Of a stretch of DNA of 64,000 bases, positions 27,799 through 37,375 are shown piece after piece. Under the pieces are notes generated by a model, which had not been told where the DNA came from, made no database searches, and saw only the letters and a list, made by a program, of their open reading frames with translations. The stretch is from NCBI GenBank assembly GCA_937894725.1, contig CALAYL010000049.1, forward strand, positions 8,900 through 72,899, written 5' to 3'. Source of the stretch: an uncultured Bacteroidota bacterium (lineage in GTDB: Bacteria; Bacteroidota; Bacteroidia; Chitinophagales; LD1). The position numbers and the translations under genes are program-made. Within the stretch, counting starts at the first letter, position 1, and each line of letters starts with the position of its first letter.

Positions 27799-30012
27799 AT
27801 GGGTATCCTAAAAAAAATATATTACTTTTTTCCAGTACAGCTACTGCTTTTAAACCTCCGAAAATACCCTGCATTTCTCCTTACGTGGCTGCTATGCTTT
27901 GGTATAGCTACAGGTGTAATCGGCATAGAGTACGGAGCTCCCAATCTATTTTTTGACCCTGAATATCTAGGCAAAACTGGCTATCTAAGTTTTGCATTGG
28001 TAGGTATCGGTTTCGGCTCATTTTTTGTAGCATGGAATCTCAATTGCTATATACTCCACAATCATCGTTTTCCATTTTTGACACGGTATAAAAAACCCAT
28101 GGGGCTTTTTTTTCTTAACAATGCCATCATTCCTATCATCTTTATCGTAGGTTATTTTCGAAATGTAATTATTTACCAACGACAATATGAGTACAGCACC
28201 TATAAACATATCGCTATCGACTTACTAGGGTTTACTGCTGGCGCGTCTTTGATCATATTGCTCACCGCATTTTATTACTCTTTTACCAATCGCGAAAAGT
28301 TATACTCCAAAGAAGACAAAAGCAAACGATGGAGATTTTGGATTATGAAAAGAGAATTCTTTTCATACGACCAAGATGAGCGGGTAAAGGTGACTTCTTT
28401 TTTATCGAGAGGTATCCATATCGTAAATATAGACCCACTCCTGCCTACCGAATACGAAGATGCTCGGTTGGTTTTTCGTCAACATCACCTCAATGCACTC
28501 TTAGCTCAAGGAGTCATTTTTATCATCATTATATCGATTGGTTTTTATATCGAAAATCCCATTTTTCAGCTGCCTGTAATCGGTAGCGCACTCCTCTTTT
28601 TATCCCTCCTGATTTCTATTTTTGGAAGCCTCACCTACTGGACAGGACGCTGGGCAACGGTGATGATAATTTGTATTTTGATTTTTACGAACTATCTCAG
28701 CCAGTTTGATTTTCTGGGTTATAAAAGTGCTGCTTATGGACTTACCTACAATATAGATAACCTACGAAAATACAGTATGCAAGAATTTAGGGACCTAGCC
28801 TCTGATAGCAATATTCGTGAAGACTCTCGTTATTTTACCGCCATTTTAAATAACTGGAAGAAAAAGCAACCTCGTGCCACAAAACCCAAACTCCTTTTTA
28901 TCAATGCCAGTGGTGGTGGCTCTAGAGCCAGTATGTTTAGCACCGTTATACTTCAGCATGCAGATAGTTTACTCCAAAACACCCTCTTCGACCGCATCTT
29001 TATGATGAGCGGTGCATCTGGTGGCATGTTTGGATTAGCTACTATTCGAGAATTGTTTTTGGAAAAAAAACTAGGCGCTTATATTGATTTGACAGATAAA
29101 AAATATGCCCGACAGCTGGCAGGCGACCTACTTAATCCTATGTTTATATCTATGCTCAGCAATGATATTTTACTCCCTATTCATAAGTTTAAGTTTGATA
29201 GTATCACTTACTTTAGAGATAGAGGATATATGATGGAGCAACAGTTTATAAAAAATGTAGAAGGCAGATTAAACAAACGGGTGAGCGATTATAAGAGTTT
29301 TGAATACAGTGGACTGATTCCATTGCTCACTATGCATACTACAGTGATAAACGATTCAAGGAGATTTTTTATTAGTCCACATCCTGTAAGTTTTTTGATG
29401 CGTCAGCGAAAAGAGTATCAATCTAATACTTTACCAGAAATAGATGCGATTGATTTTGGTGCTTTCTTCAAAAATCAACGCGGCAATAATCTTCGATTTA
29501 CTTCCGCACTACGTATGAATGCTACTTTCCCATTCATTCTTCCAAACACCCAATTGCCGACAGATCCACCTACCTTTGTGATGGATGGTGGTGCCGCTGA
29601 TAATTTTGGCACTGAGACTTCACTTAGATTTATTCAAACCTTTAGAGATTGGATTAATCAAAATACAAGTGGCGTAATTATTATTCAAATTAGAGATACT
29701 AAAAAAGAGGATGACCTAAGTACCTATTATGAAAAGAAAACTGTGTTAAGTCAGATGCTCGACCCTATTGGCCAATTTATTTCTAACTTAGAAAACTATC
29801 AAGATTTTAGAGTAGATCAACAGCTCAACTCTATCAATTTGAATGTAAAATTACAGATGGTCACATTTGAGTATGTACCTGAAAAGAAAGAAGAGAAAGC
29901 CGCTCTCAGCTTACATCTTACCGAGCGAGAAAAGCGCGATATTTTTAGCGCAGTACATTCAACAAACAATACAAAAGCATTTATACTTTTAGATAAATGG
30001 CTAAAGGAGTAA
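27799..30012 (+). CDS. Patatin-like phospholipase fused to an N-terminal polytopic membrane domain
   Basis: 737 aa with about 6-7 TM helices in the first ~300 aa. These are followed by the oxyanion GGGSRAS, the nucleophile elbow GASGG (GxSxG) and the catalytic DGGAADNFG. Confidence 0.85.
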   Translation: MGILKKIYYFFPVQLLLLNLRKYPAFLLTWLLCFGIATGVIGIEYGAPNLFFDPEYLGKTGYLSFALVGIGFGSFFVAWNLNCYILHNHRFPFLTRYKKPMGLFFLNNAIIPIIFIVGYFRNVIIYQRQYEYSTYKHIAIDLLGFTAGASLIILLTAFYYSFTNREKLYSKEDKSKRWRFWIMKREFFSYDQDERVKVTSFLSRGIHIVNIDPLLPTEYEDARLVFRQHHLNALLAQGVIFIIIISIGFYIENPIFQLPVIGSALLFLSLLISIFGSLTYWTGRWATVMIICILIFTNYLSQFDFLGYKSAAYGLTYNIDNLRKYSMQEFRDLASDSNIREDSRYFTAILNNWKKKQPRATKPKLLFINASGGGSRASMFSTVILQHADSLLQNTLFDRIFMMSGASGGMFGLATIRELFLEKKLGAYIDLTDKKYARQLAGDLLNPMFISMLSNDILLPIHKFKFDSITYFRDRGYMMEQQFIKNVEGRLNKRVSDYKSFEYSGLIPLLTMHTTVINDSRRFFISPHPVSFLMRQRKEYQSNTLPEIDAIDFGAFFKNQRGNNLRFTSALRMNATFPFILPNTQLPTDPPTFVMDGGAADNFGTETSLRFIQTFRDWINQNTSGVIIIQIRDTKKEDDLSTYYEKKTVLSQMLDPIGQFISNLENYQDFRVDQQLNSINLNVKLQMVTFEYVPEKKEEKAALSLHLTEREKRDIFSAVHSTNNTKAFILLDKWLKE

Positions 30013-30013
30013 A

Positions 30014-30045
30014 CATGGTAAAGAAGCTTATGCTTCTTTACCATG
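30014..30045. terminator. Perfect 14-bp hairpin at the convergent patatin/secA gene ends
   Basis: CATGGTAAAGAAGC-ttat-GCTTCTTTACCATG. The right arm is the last secA codons. The T-tracts are only weak. Confidence 0.45.
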
Positions 30046-33000
30046 ACATTGCTTAAATTTTTTACCGCTACCACATGGGCAAGGCTCATTTCTTCCTATC
30101 TGAGGTCCTGAACGTACTGGCTCTTGTTTTCGTTCATGTGTAGGCACATCTCCAGGATTTCCTTGAGCATCTATCTCCTCTTTGTTCGTTTGTAGCTTGC
30201 TCATGTCAGTCTCCTCTACACGTCCTTCTCTTACCTGATTTGCGTTATTATCGCTCGATGGCAAATGGGCTTTAAACAAGAAAGTCGCTATCTCCCCATT
30301 GACTTGCGAAACCAAGCGTTTGAACAAATTAAATGATTCGATTTTATAAATTACTAATGGATCCTTCTGCTCAAAATGTGCGGTCTGCACTTCTTGCTTC
30401 AAATCGTCCATAAGGCGCAGGTGGTCTTTCCAGGCTTCATCTATGATAGCTAGCGAAACTGATTTTTCAAAATGCTTCCACAAATCTTTTCCTTGGTTTT
30501 CTACTACTGTTTTGAGATGTACCAGTACATTCAATCCTCTCTTAGCATCAGAAAATGGAATAGCAATCATGTTTATACTATCACCTCTATCGCGATAAAT
30601 ATTGGTCAAAATAGGTAAGCTCATACTCACTACCTCAGCGGCTTTCTGCTTATAAACAGTAGATACTGTTTCAAACAACTTTTCGGTTAAACTCACAGCA
30701 CTATCTTTCATAAATTCGTCCTTAGAAACAGGACTATCTATACCAAAAAACTTGACTAGATCTAGCTCAAATCCTTCGTAATCCTTGATAGGCGAAAAGG
30801 TGTGTGCAATCTCATCGCACAAATCAAAAAGGGCATTTTGAATATCGAGTGAAAGTCGCTCTCCGAAGAGGGCATGCTTGCGTTTGCCATAAATCACTTC
30901 ACGCTGGCGGTTCATCACATCATCGTATTCGAGCAAACGTTTACGAATACCAAAGTTGTTTTCTTCTACTTTCTTTTGCGCACGTTCGATAGATTTTGTA
31001 ATCATGCTGTGCTGAATCACTTCGCCATCTTCGTAGCCCAATTTATCCATCACTTTTGAGATTCGCTCTGATCCGAAAAGGCGCATCAAATCATCTTCAA
31101 GCGAAACATAAAACTGAGATGAACCTGGATCACCTTGACGACCAGCTCTACCTCTAAGCTGCCTATCTACCCTTCGCGAATCATGTCGCTCTGAGCCTAT
31201 GATAGCCAATCCGCCTGCTGCCTTTACTTTATCTGAAATTTTAATATCCGTACCTCTACCAGCCATGTTGGTAGCTATGGTCACCGCTCCATCCATACCT
31301 GCACTCTCTACTATCTCCGCCTCCCGTTGGTGATGCTTTGCATTGAGTACATTATGTTTCACTTTGCGAATCGTAAGCATACGGCTCAAAAGCTCCGATA
31401 CTTCAACGTTGGTCGTTCCAACGAGCACAGGTCTTTCTGCCTTGGTTAGCGCTTCGATCTCTTCGATTATCGCATTGTATTTTTCACGTTTAGTTTTATA
31501 AATCAAATCTTCTCTATCATCGCGGATGATAGGGCGATTGGTAGGGATAGTAGATACATCGAGCTTGTAGATATCCCAAAGCTCACCCGCCTCGGTGATA
31601 GCTGTACCAGTCATACCGCACAGTTTATGAAACATCCTAAAATAATTTTGCAAAGTGATAGTCGCCATAGTCTGAGATGCAGCCTCAATTTTTACACTTT
31701 CTTTGGCTTCGATAGCTTGGTGCAAACCATCTGAATATCTACGTCCGTCTAGAATACGACCCGTATTTTCATCCACGATTTTCACCTTATTTTCCATCAC
31801 TACATATTGAATATCTTTTTCAAAAATAGTGTAGGCTTTGAGCAATTGTTGTACGGTATGGATACGCTCTGTTTTTTCACCAAAGTCAGACATGAGCGTT
31901 TCTTTTTTCTTCAATTTTTCCTCAGCAGAAAGTGTCGATTTTTCAATTTCTGCCACAGCAGAACCTACATCTGGTATTACAAAAAAGTGTGGATCTTCTC
32001 CTGCTCCAGTGATAAGTTCTATTCCCTTATCTGTAAGGTCAACTGAGTTGTTTTTTTCATCAATGGTAAAATAAAGTTCCTTGTCTGCATGGGGCATTTG
32101 TTTTTGTTGTTCGGCCAAAAAATAATTTTCAGCATCACGCATTACTTGCATCATACCTGGCTCAGACAAAAATTTTATCAATGCACTATTTCTAGGATAA
32201 CCTCTAAATGAACGGAAAAGGGCGATACCTCCTTCACCTTCTTTCACGCCTGTACTGCCTTCTTTTATCAATCGTTTAGCATCAATCAAAAACTGATTAC
32301 ACACCTTACGCTGCGCCTCTACAAGTTTTGAGATACGTGGCTTGAGTTCAAAAAACTGCTGTTCATCATTGCTCTCCACTTGACCTGAAATAATGAGCGG
32401 AGTACGTGCGTCATCTATCAATACCGAATCCACCTCATCTACCATCGCAAAATGGTGTTTACGCTGTACCATTTCATCAGGATTATTGACCATATTATCT
32501 CTCAAATAGTCAAAGCCAAATTCATTGTTAGTGCCATAAGTGATATCTGCGTTATAGGCATTTTTTCGGGCATCAGAGTGGGGTTGATAAAGATCTATAC
32601 AATCTACTCGCAAACCCAAGAAGTTAAAAATAGGTGCATTCCATTCCGAGTCACGTTGGGCGAGGTAGTTATTCACTGTTACGATATGCACCCCCTCTCC
32701 TGCCAATGCATTGAGATATGCCGGCAGTGTAGCCACGAGCGTTTTTCCCTCACCGGTAGCCATTTCGGCTACTTTACCTTGATGCAAAATAATCCCTCCA
32801 ATGAGCTGTACATCGTAGTGGATCATATTCCATTTTACGGTATTGCCTGCGGCTTTCCACTCATTGTGATATACTACAGAGTTACCTTCGATTTTGATAC
32901 TCGGATTTTTTACAGACAAAAACTTATCTAAATCAGTAGCTGTAGCTGACAATTCTGTATGCTGTGTAAATCGTCTAGCCGTTTCTTTTACTACTGCAAA

Positions 33001-33339
33001 AGCTTCTGGCAAAATCGCTAATAACACATCTTCGAGACGTTGATCTTTCTCTTTCTTGAGGGCATCTATTTCTTTGTAAATTGTTTCCTTTCGTTGCAAA
33101 TCTTCCTCACTCTCTGCCTGTGTGTTGAGTGTATCCTTTTGCGTATCAAAATCAGCTAAGTACTCTTTGATTCTAGTTTTAAATTCGTTTGTCTTATTTC
33201 GAAGTGCATCGTTTGAAAGCGATGATAGCTTCTCATACTCTTGATTGATTTGCACTACGATGCTATCGAGTTTTTTGAGCTCTCTATTGTTTTTTGAACC
33301 AAAAAAAGAAGTAAGTAAGCGTTCTAATACATTTGCCAT
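30028..33339 (-). CDS. secA: Preprotein translocase ATPase SecA
   Basis: 1103 aa with DEAD-motor motifs ([24 protein letters not shown]) and a C-terminal zinc finger [14 protein letters not shown]. Confidence 0.98.
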   Translation of the reverse strand: MANVLERLLTSFFGSKNNRELKKLDSIVVQINQEYEKLSSLSNDALRNKTNEFKTRIKEYLADFDTQKDTLNTQAESEEDLQRKETIYKEIDALKKEKDQRLEDVLLAILPEAFAVVKETARRFTQHTELSATATDLDKFLSVKNPSIKIEGNSVVYHNEWKAAGNTVKWNMIHYDVQLIGGIILHQGKVAEMATGEGKTLVATLPAYLNALAGEGVHIVTVNNYLAQRDSEWNAPIFNFLGLRVDCIDLYQPHSDARKNAYNADITYGTNNEFGFDYLRDNMVNNPDEMVQRKHHFAMVDEVDSVLIDDARTPLIISGQVESNDEQQFFELKPRISKLVEAQRKVCNQFLIDAKRLIKEGSTGVKEGEGGIALFRSFRGYPRNSALIKFLSEPGMMQVMRDAENYFLAEQQKQMPHADKELYFTIDEKNNSVDLTDKGIELITGAGEDPHFFVIPDVGSAVAEIEKSTLSAEEKLKKKETLMSDFGEKTERIHTVQQLLKAYTIFEKDIQYVVMENKVKIVDENTGRILDGRRYSDGLHQAIEAKESVKIEAASQTMATITLQNYFRMFHKLCGMTGTAITEAGELWDIYKLDVSTIPTNRPIIRDDREDLIYKTKREKYNAIIEEIEALTKAERPVLVGTTNVEVSELLSRMLTIRKVKHNVLNAKHHQREAEIVESAGMDGAVTIATNMAGRGTDIKISDKVKAAGGLAIIGSERHDSRRVDRQLRGRAGRQGDPGSSQFYVSLEDDLMRLFGSERISKVMDKLGYEDGEVIQHSMITKSIERAQKKVEENNFGIRKRLLEYDDVMNRQREVIYGKRKHALFGERLSLDIQNALFDLCDEIAHTFSPIKDYEGFELDLVKFFGIDSPVSKDEFMKDSAVSLTEKLFETVSTVYKQKAAEVVSMSLPILTNIYRDRGDSINMIAIPFSDAKRGLNVLVHLKTVVENQGKDLWKHFEKSVSLAIIDEAWKDHLRLMDDLKQEVQTAHFEQKDPLVIYKIESFNLFKRLVSQVNGEIATFLFKAHLPSSDNNANQVREGRVEETDMSKLQTNKEEIDAQGNPGDVPTHERKQEPVRSGPQIGRNEPCPCGSGKKFKQCHGKEA

Positions 33340-33525
33340 GAAAGTGGTGTTCGTTTGATAGGGTTAAACTTTTTTAAAAAAGTCTGCTAAAATAAATTTT
33401 TGTTGCGATTATTTTTGGACAAAGGCTGTACCAGCTTATTTAATTACAGCATTTTGGCATAGATTTACGCAAAAGTGCCGTAAATTTGCCAACTTATTGG
33501 TTAATTGCAGACAAAATAACAGGGA

Positions 33526-34257
33526 ATGCCCCTTTACTACGAAGCCTTTTTAAAACATAGTGCCCAAAAACAGGTAGCCGCCCTTATCGACCCCGAAAAG
33601 GCCGAGGAGAAATATCTCTGGGAACTGATACAAGTGGCCAAAGCAACGCAGCTTGATTGGTTTTTTGTGGGTGGTAGTACGGTAATGTTTGAAGATTTAG
33701 ACCGTGTAGTCCGCTTTTTGAAAGGAAATAGTGCCATCCCAGTGATTTTATTTCCAGGTAGCGCCAATCAATTACATCCAAAAGCAGATGCAATTTTGTT
33801 TATGAGCCTGTTGAGCGGTCGAAACCCTACATATCTCATCGATGAGCAAAAAAAAGCCGCACAGGCTGTATTTGACACAAAAATAGGCGTGATACCTACG
33901 GCCTATATTTTGATAGCAAGTGGGAGCCAATCTACTACTGCCAGGGTGAGCGATACCATGCCTATTGAGCAACTCGAAGAAGCTCGCCATACGGCACTCG
34001 CTGGTCAATACATGGGTATGCAAGCTGTGTACTTAGAGGCTGGTAGTGGCTCTGTCGAAACCATAAAAACCGATTGGATAATGGATATACGAAAGCATCT
34101 TTCGACCAAGCTGGTGGTAGGAGGAGGCATCAAAGATGGCTCTACGGCCAAAGCTATAGTGGATGCGGGGGCTGATGTGGTAGTGGTAGGTAATGCATTG
34201 GAAAACAAACCACAATTATTGAGTGAGATTTGTGCAGCGGTAAAAATTAAAGTATGA
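33526..34257 (+). CDS. Geranylgeranylglyceryl/heptaprenylglyceryl phosphate synthase family protein (GGGPS/PcrB-like)
   Basis: 243 aa TIM-barrel pattern with LFPGS, SGRNPTYLI, YLEAGSG and VGGGIK motifs. Confidence 0.85.
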   Translation: MPLYYEAFLKHSAQKQVAALIDPEKAEEKYLWELIQVAKATQLDWFFVGGSTVMFEDLDRVVRFLKGNSAIPVILFPGSANQLHPKADAILFMSLLSGRNPTYLIDEQKKAAQAVFDTKIGVIPTAYILIASGSQSTTARVSDTMPIEQLEEARHTALAGQYMGMQAVYLEAGSGSVETIKTDWIMDIRKHLSTKLVVGGGIKDGSTAKAIVDAGADVVVVGNALENKPQLLSEICAAVKIKV

Positions 34258-35192
34258 TAGAAGGAGTAGTTCGAAAATCGACAGGAAGTTGGTATGAAGT
34301 ATGGATAGCCAATGACAGCTTGGTGATGGCTAGACTCAAAGGATTGATTCGCTTAGATTATAGCAAAGATACTAACCCAGTAGCTGTAGGCGATGTGGTA
34401 TATCTAGAAAACGATGGCGATACCAACGACTGGATGATAGTGCAAGTCAAAGACCGCAAAAACTATATTGTACGTGCCTCGCCAAAACACAAAGGCGCAA
34501 GACAGGTGATAGCCGCTAATTTAGACCAGTGTGTTTTGATAGCTACATTAGATTCACCTCGAACTTCAACTGGTTTTATCGACCGCTTTTTGATGGCCGC
34601 AGAGGCTTATGGAGTGCCCACTATCATTGTGTTTAACAAGCAAGACCTTCTTGACCCAAAAGGACAAAGTAAACAAAAAGCGACTCGCAACATTTATGAA
34701 CAAATAGGGTATCAAACAATCGAAACATCTACGGTGAGCGGAATAGGGCTAGAAGAATTAAAACAAGCTATGACAAAAAAAACGAGCTTGATTTTTGGTC
34801 ATTCGGGGGTTGGAAAATCTTCGTTGATGAATGCTATAGACCCTAGTCTCAATCTCCGTATTGGCGGGCTTTCTCGCTTTGCCAATAGAGGTATGCATAC
34901 CACTACCTTTGCAGAAATGTTTGCGCTAGATAATGATATAAAAGTAATCGACACTCCAGGGGTGAGAGAGTTTGGCCACCATAGTTTAGCACCTCATGAA
35001 GTGAGCCATTACTTCAAAGAAATGAGTGCTTTACTACCCCACTGTAAATTTAATAACTGTACCCATACAGATGAGCCCGACTGTGCTGTGATTGAAGCTT
35101 GGCACGAAAAATTAATATCAGAGGAGCGATACAAAAACTATCTGAACATCTATTTTGAGATTAAAACAAACTATAAATATTGGGAGCAATAA
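34254..35192 (+). CDS. rsgA: Ribosome small-subunit-dependent GTPase A
   Basis: 312 aa with an OB-fold N-terminus, circularly permuted GTPase motifs (NKQDL ... GHSGVGKSSL) and a zinc motif CKFNNCTHTDEPDC. A 4-nt overlap joins it to the upstream gene. Confidence 0.93.
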   Translation: MIEGVVRKSTGSWYEVWIANDSLVMARLKGLIRLDYSKDTNPVAVGDVVYLENDGDTNDWMIVQVKDRKNYIVRASPKHKGARQVIAANLDQCVLIATLDSPRTSTGFIDRFLMAAEAYGVPTIIVFNKQDLLDPKGQSKQKATRNIYEQIGYQTIETSTVSGIGLEELKQAMTKKTSLIFGHSGVGKSSLMNAIDPSLNLRIGGLSRFANRGMHTTTFAEMFALDNDIKVIDTPGVREFGHHSLAPHEVSHYFKEMSALLPHCKFNNCTHTDEPDCAVIEAWHEKLISEERYKNYLNIYFEIKTNYKYWEQ

Positions 35193-35195
35193 ATC

Positions 35196-35645
35196 ATGCG
35201 TATTATCATACAACGAGTAAGTGAAGCAAGTGTAACTATCGAACAAAAACTACACGTAGCTATCCATCAAGGACTGCTGCTACTAGTGGGTTTTGAGGAA
35301 ATGGACAGTGAATCCGATATAACTTGGGCGGTAGCGAAAATAGCGCAAATGCGCATATTTAATGACAGTGAAAACAAGATGAATCTTTCAATAAAAGAGG
35401 TCAAGGGCGAAATATTGGCGGTATCACAGTTTACTCTATTTGCAGATACACGCAAAGGCAACCGACCTAGTTTTACAAGGGCTGCTCCACCTGCTGTGGC
35501 CATTCCGCTGTACGAAAGTTTTAAGCAAAAAATGAGCGATTTTTTAGGCCAACAAATCCAGTCTGGGATTTTCGGAGCAGATATGAAAGTAAATATACTA
35601 AATGATGGCCCAGTAACGATTTTGCTAGATTCAAAAAATAAATAA
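35196..35645 (+). CDS. dtd: D-aminoacyl-tRNA deacylase
   Basis: 149 aa with SQFTLFADT and NDGPVT motifs. Confidence 0.93.
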   Translation: MRIIIQRVSEASVTIEQKLHVAIHQGLLLLVGFEEMDSESDITWAVAKIAQMRIFNDSENKMNLSIKEVKGEILAVSQFTLFADTRKGNRPSFTRAAPPAVAIPLYESFKQKMSDFLGQQIQSGIFGADMKVNILNDGPVTILLDSKNK

Positions 35646-35648
35646 GGT

Positions 35649-36026
35649 ATGAAAATTGCATTGATTAGACACACTATATTGAGTGTAATTTTAGGAATGA
35701 TGCTGTATATTGTCTTAAAGAATTATAGCCCGATAAAAGACTATACCACGTATTTATGGCTAAGTCTTTTGTTTCTAAATGTACTTTTCGTAATACTGTA
35801 TAGACTCATATTTATGACTATGCAAACGCAAAGTCAGCGTGCGTTTATGCCCCTTTTTGCTCTCACCTTTGGACTCAAATTTTTTAGCACTCTAGCCCTA
35901 TTGCTTTACTTGATATTCGTAGAAGGTATAAACAGTAAGGCTTTCGTACTACTCTTTTTCATGCAATATTTATCCTTTACATTTATGTGGATGTATGCCG
36001 TGTGGCAAAAATCTAGCTCAAAATAG
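35649..36026 (+). CDS. Hypothetical small membrane protein (4 TM)
   Basis: 125-aa hydrophobic ORF tightly following dtd. Its 3' end overlaps the convergent acyl-CoA dehydrogenase gene by 14 nt. Confidence 0.6.
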   Translation: MKIALIRHTILSVILGMMLYIVLKNYSPIKDYTTYLWLSLLFLNVLFVILYRLIFMTMQTQSQRAFMPLFALTFGLKFFSTLALLLYLIFVEGINSKAFVLLFFMQYLSFTFMWMYAVWQKSSSK

Positions 36027-37152
36027 CTCTTGAAATTACGATACGCTGTATCTCTGAAGTGCCTTCATAGATTTGGGTAATCTTGGCATCACGCATCAAT
36101 CGCTCTACATGGTATTCTTTCACAAAACCATACCCTCCGTGCACCTGTACCGCCTCTACAGTAGTTTTCATCGCTACCTCCGATGCAAATACTTTTGCCA
36201 TAGAGGAAGATAGATCATAGTTTTCTCCAGCATCTTTTTGTGCAGCTGCTTTATAAACTAAAAGACGTGCAGCTGCTATTTCTGTAGCCATATCGGCTAG
36301 CTTGAAAGCAATGGCTTGATGATTGATAATTTCTTTTTTGAATGCTTTACGCTGTTGAGCATAAGCAGCAGCCAACTCATACGCACCAGCGGCTATGCCT
36401 AATGCCTGAGCTGCTATACCGATACGTCCTCCTGCGAGTGTTTTCATCGCAAACTTAAAACCAAAACCATCTTCACCTATTCGATTTGCTTTCGGTACTT
36501 TGACATCGTTAAACAAAAGCGTGTGAGTATCTGATGAGCGAATTCCGAGTTTATCTTCTTTCTTTCCTACTACAAAACCTTCCATACCCTTTTCGATAAT
36601 CAGTACGTTGATACCTTTGTGCCCTTTCGCCACATCGGTTTGTGCTATCACTAAATACACATCAGCACAGCCTCCATTGGTAATCCAATTTTTAGTGCCA
36701 TTCACTATGTAATGATCGCCTTTGTCTATAGCTGTAGTAGTCTGCGATGTAGCATCAGAGCCAGCTTCTGGCTCACTCAAACAAAAAGCACCTAGTTTTT
36801 CGCCTTTGGCAAGTGGAGTTAAATATTTCTTCTTTTGCTCTTCTGTACCAAATTCTTGTAATCCCCAGCAAACCAATGAATTGTTGACCGACATCAATAC
36901 AGAAGATGAATTATCTACCTTAGATATTTCTTCCAAAGCTATTACATAACTCAGTGTATCGAGTCCGCTACCGCCATATTTTGTATCTACCATCATACCC
37001 AAAAAACCTAACTCAGCCATTCCTTTTACTTGCTCTGCTGGCCAAATCTGGTCGCTATCACGCTCTATCACGCCAGGTTTACAAACAGTTTGCGCAAAAT
37101 CGTTAGCAGCTTTGCGAATCATTAAATGTTCTTCGGATAATGAGAAATTCAT
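36013..37152 (-). CDS. Acyl-CoA dehydrogenase (short/branched-chain type)
   Basis: 379 aa with a full ACAD pattern, including the C-terminal IYEGTSEIQR with the catalytic Glu. Confidence 0.93.
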   Translation of the reverse strand: MNFSLSEEHLMIRKAANDFAQTVCKPGVIERDSDQIWPAEQVKGMAELGFLGMMVDTKYGGSGLDTLSYVIALEEISKVDNSSSVLMSVNNSLVCWGLQEFGTEEQKKKYLTPLAKGEKLGAFCLSEPEAGSDATSQTTTAIDKGDHYIVNGTKNWITNGGCADVYLVIAQTDVAKGHKGINVLIIEKGMEGFVVGKKEDKLGIRSSDTHTLLFNDVKVPKANRIGEDGFGFKFAMKTLAGGRIGIAAQALGIAAGAYELAAAYAQQRKAFKKEIINHQAIAFKLADMATEIAAARLLVYKAAAQKDAGENYDLSSSMAKVFASEVAMKTTVEAVQVHGGYGFVKEYHVERLMRDAKITQIYEGTSEIQRIVISRAILS

Positions 37153-37322
37153 AATGGTGTTTTTTTGAAGCTCGAATATAACAGAAAACTGATAAACATA
37201 GCTTTGAAATGCGAAATCAGTTGAATAGCACTCCTCTGTGGGTATAGTATGAATTCAACAAAATGTACGAACTCTAAATTGTAAGAAAACAAAGACGCCC
37301 ACTTAGCATATAATACACTTAA

Positions 37323-37354
37323 ACAAAAAAATCCCGCTCTTAGTAGAGCAGGAT
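37323..37354 (-). terminator. Intrinsic terminator of the 37376..42541 gene
   Basis: ATCCCGCTCT/AGAGCAGGAT stem with 1 mismatch, followed on the minus strand by a T-run. Confidence 0.7.
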
Positions 37355-37375
37355 TTAAAACAAAACACGAAAAAA

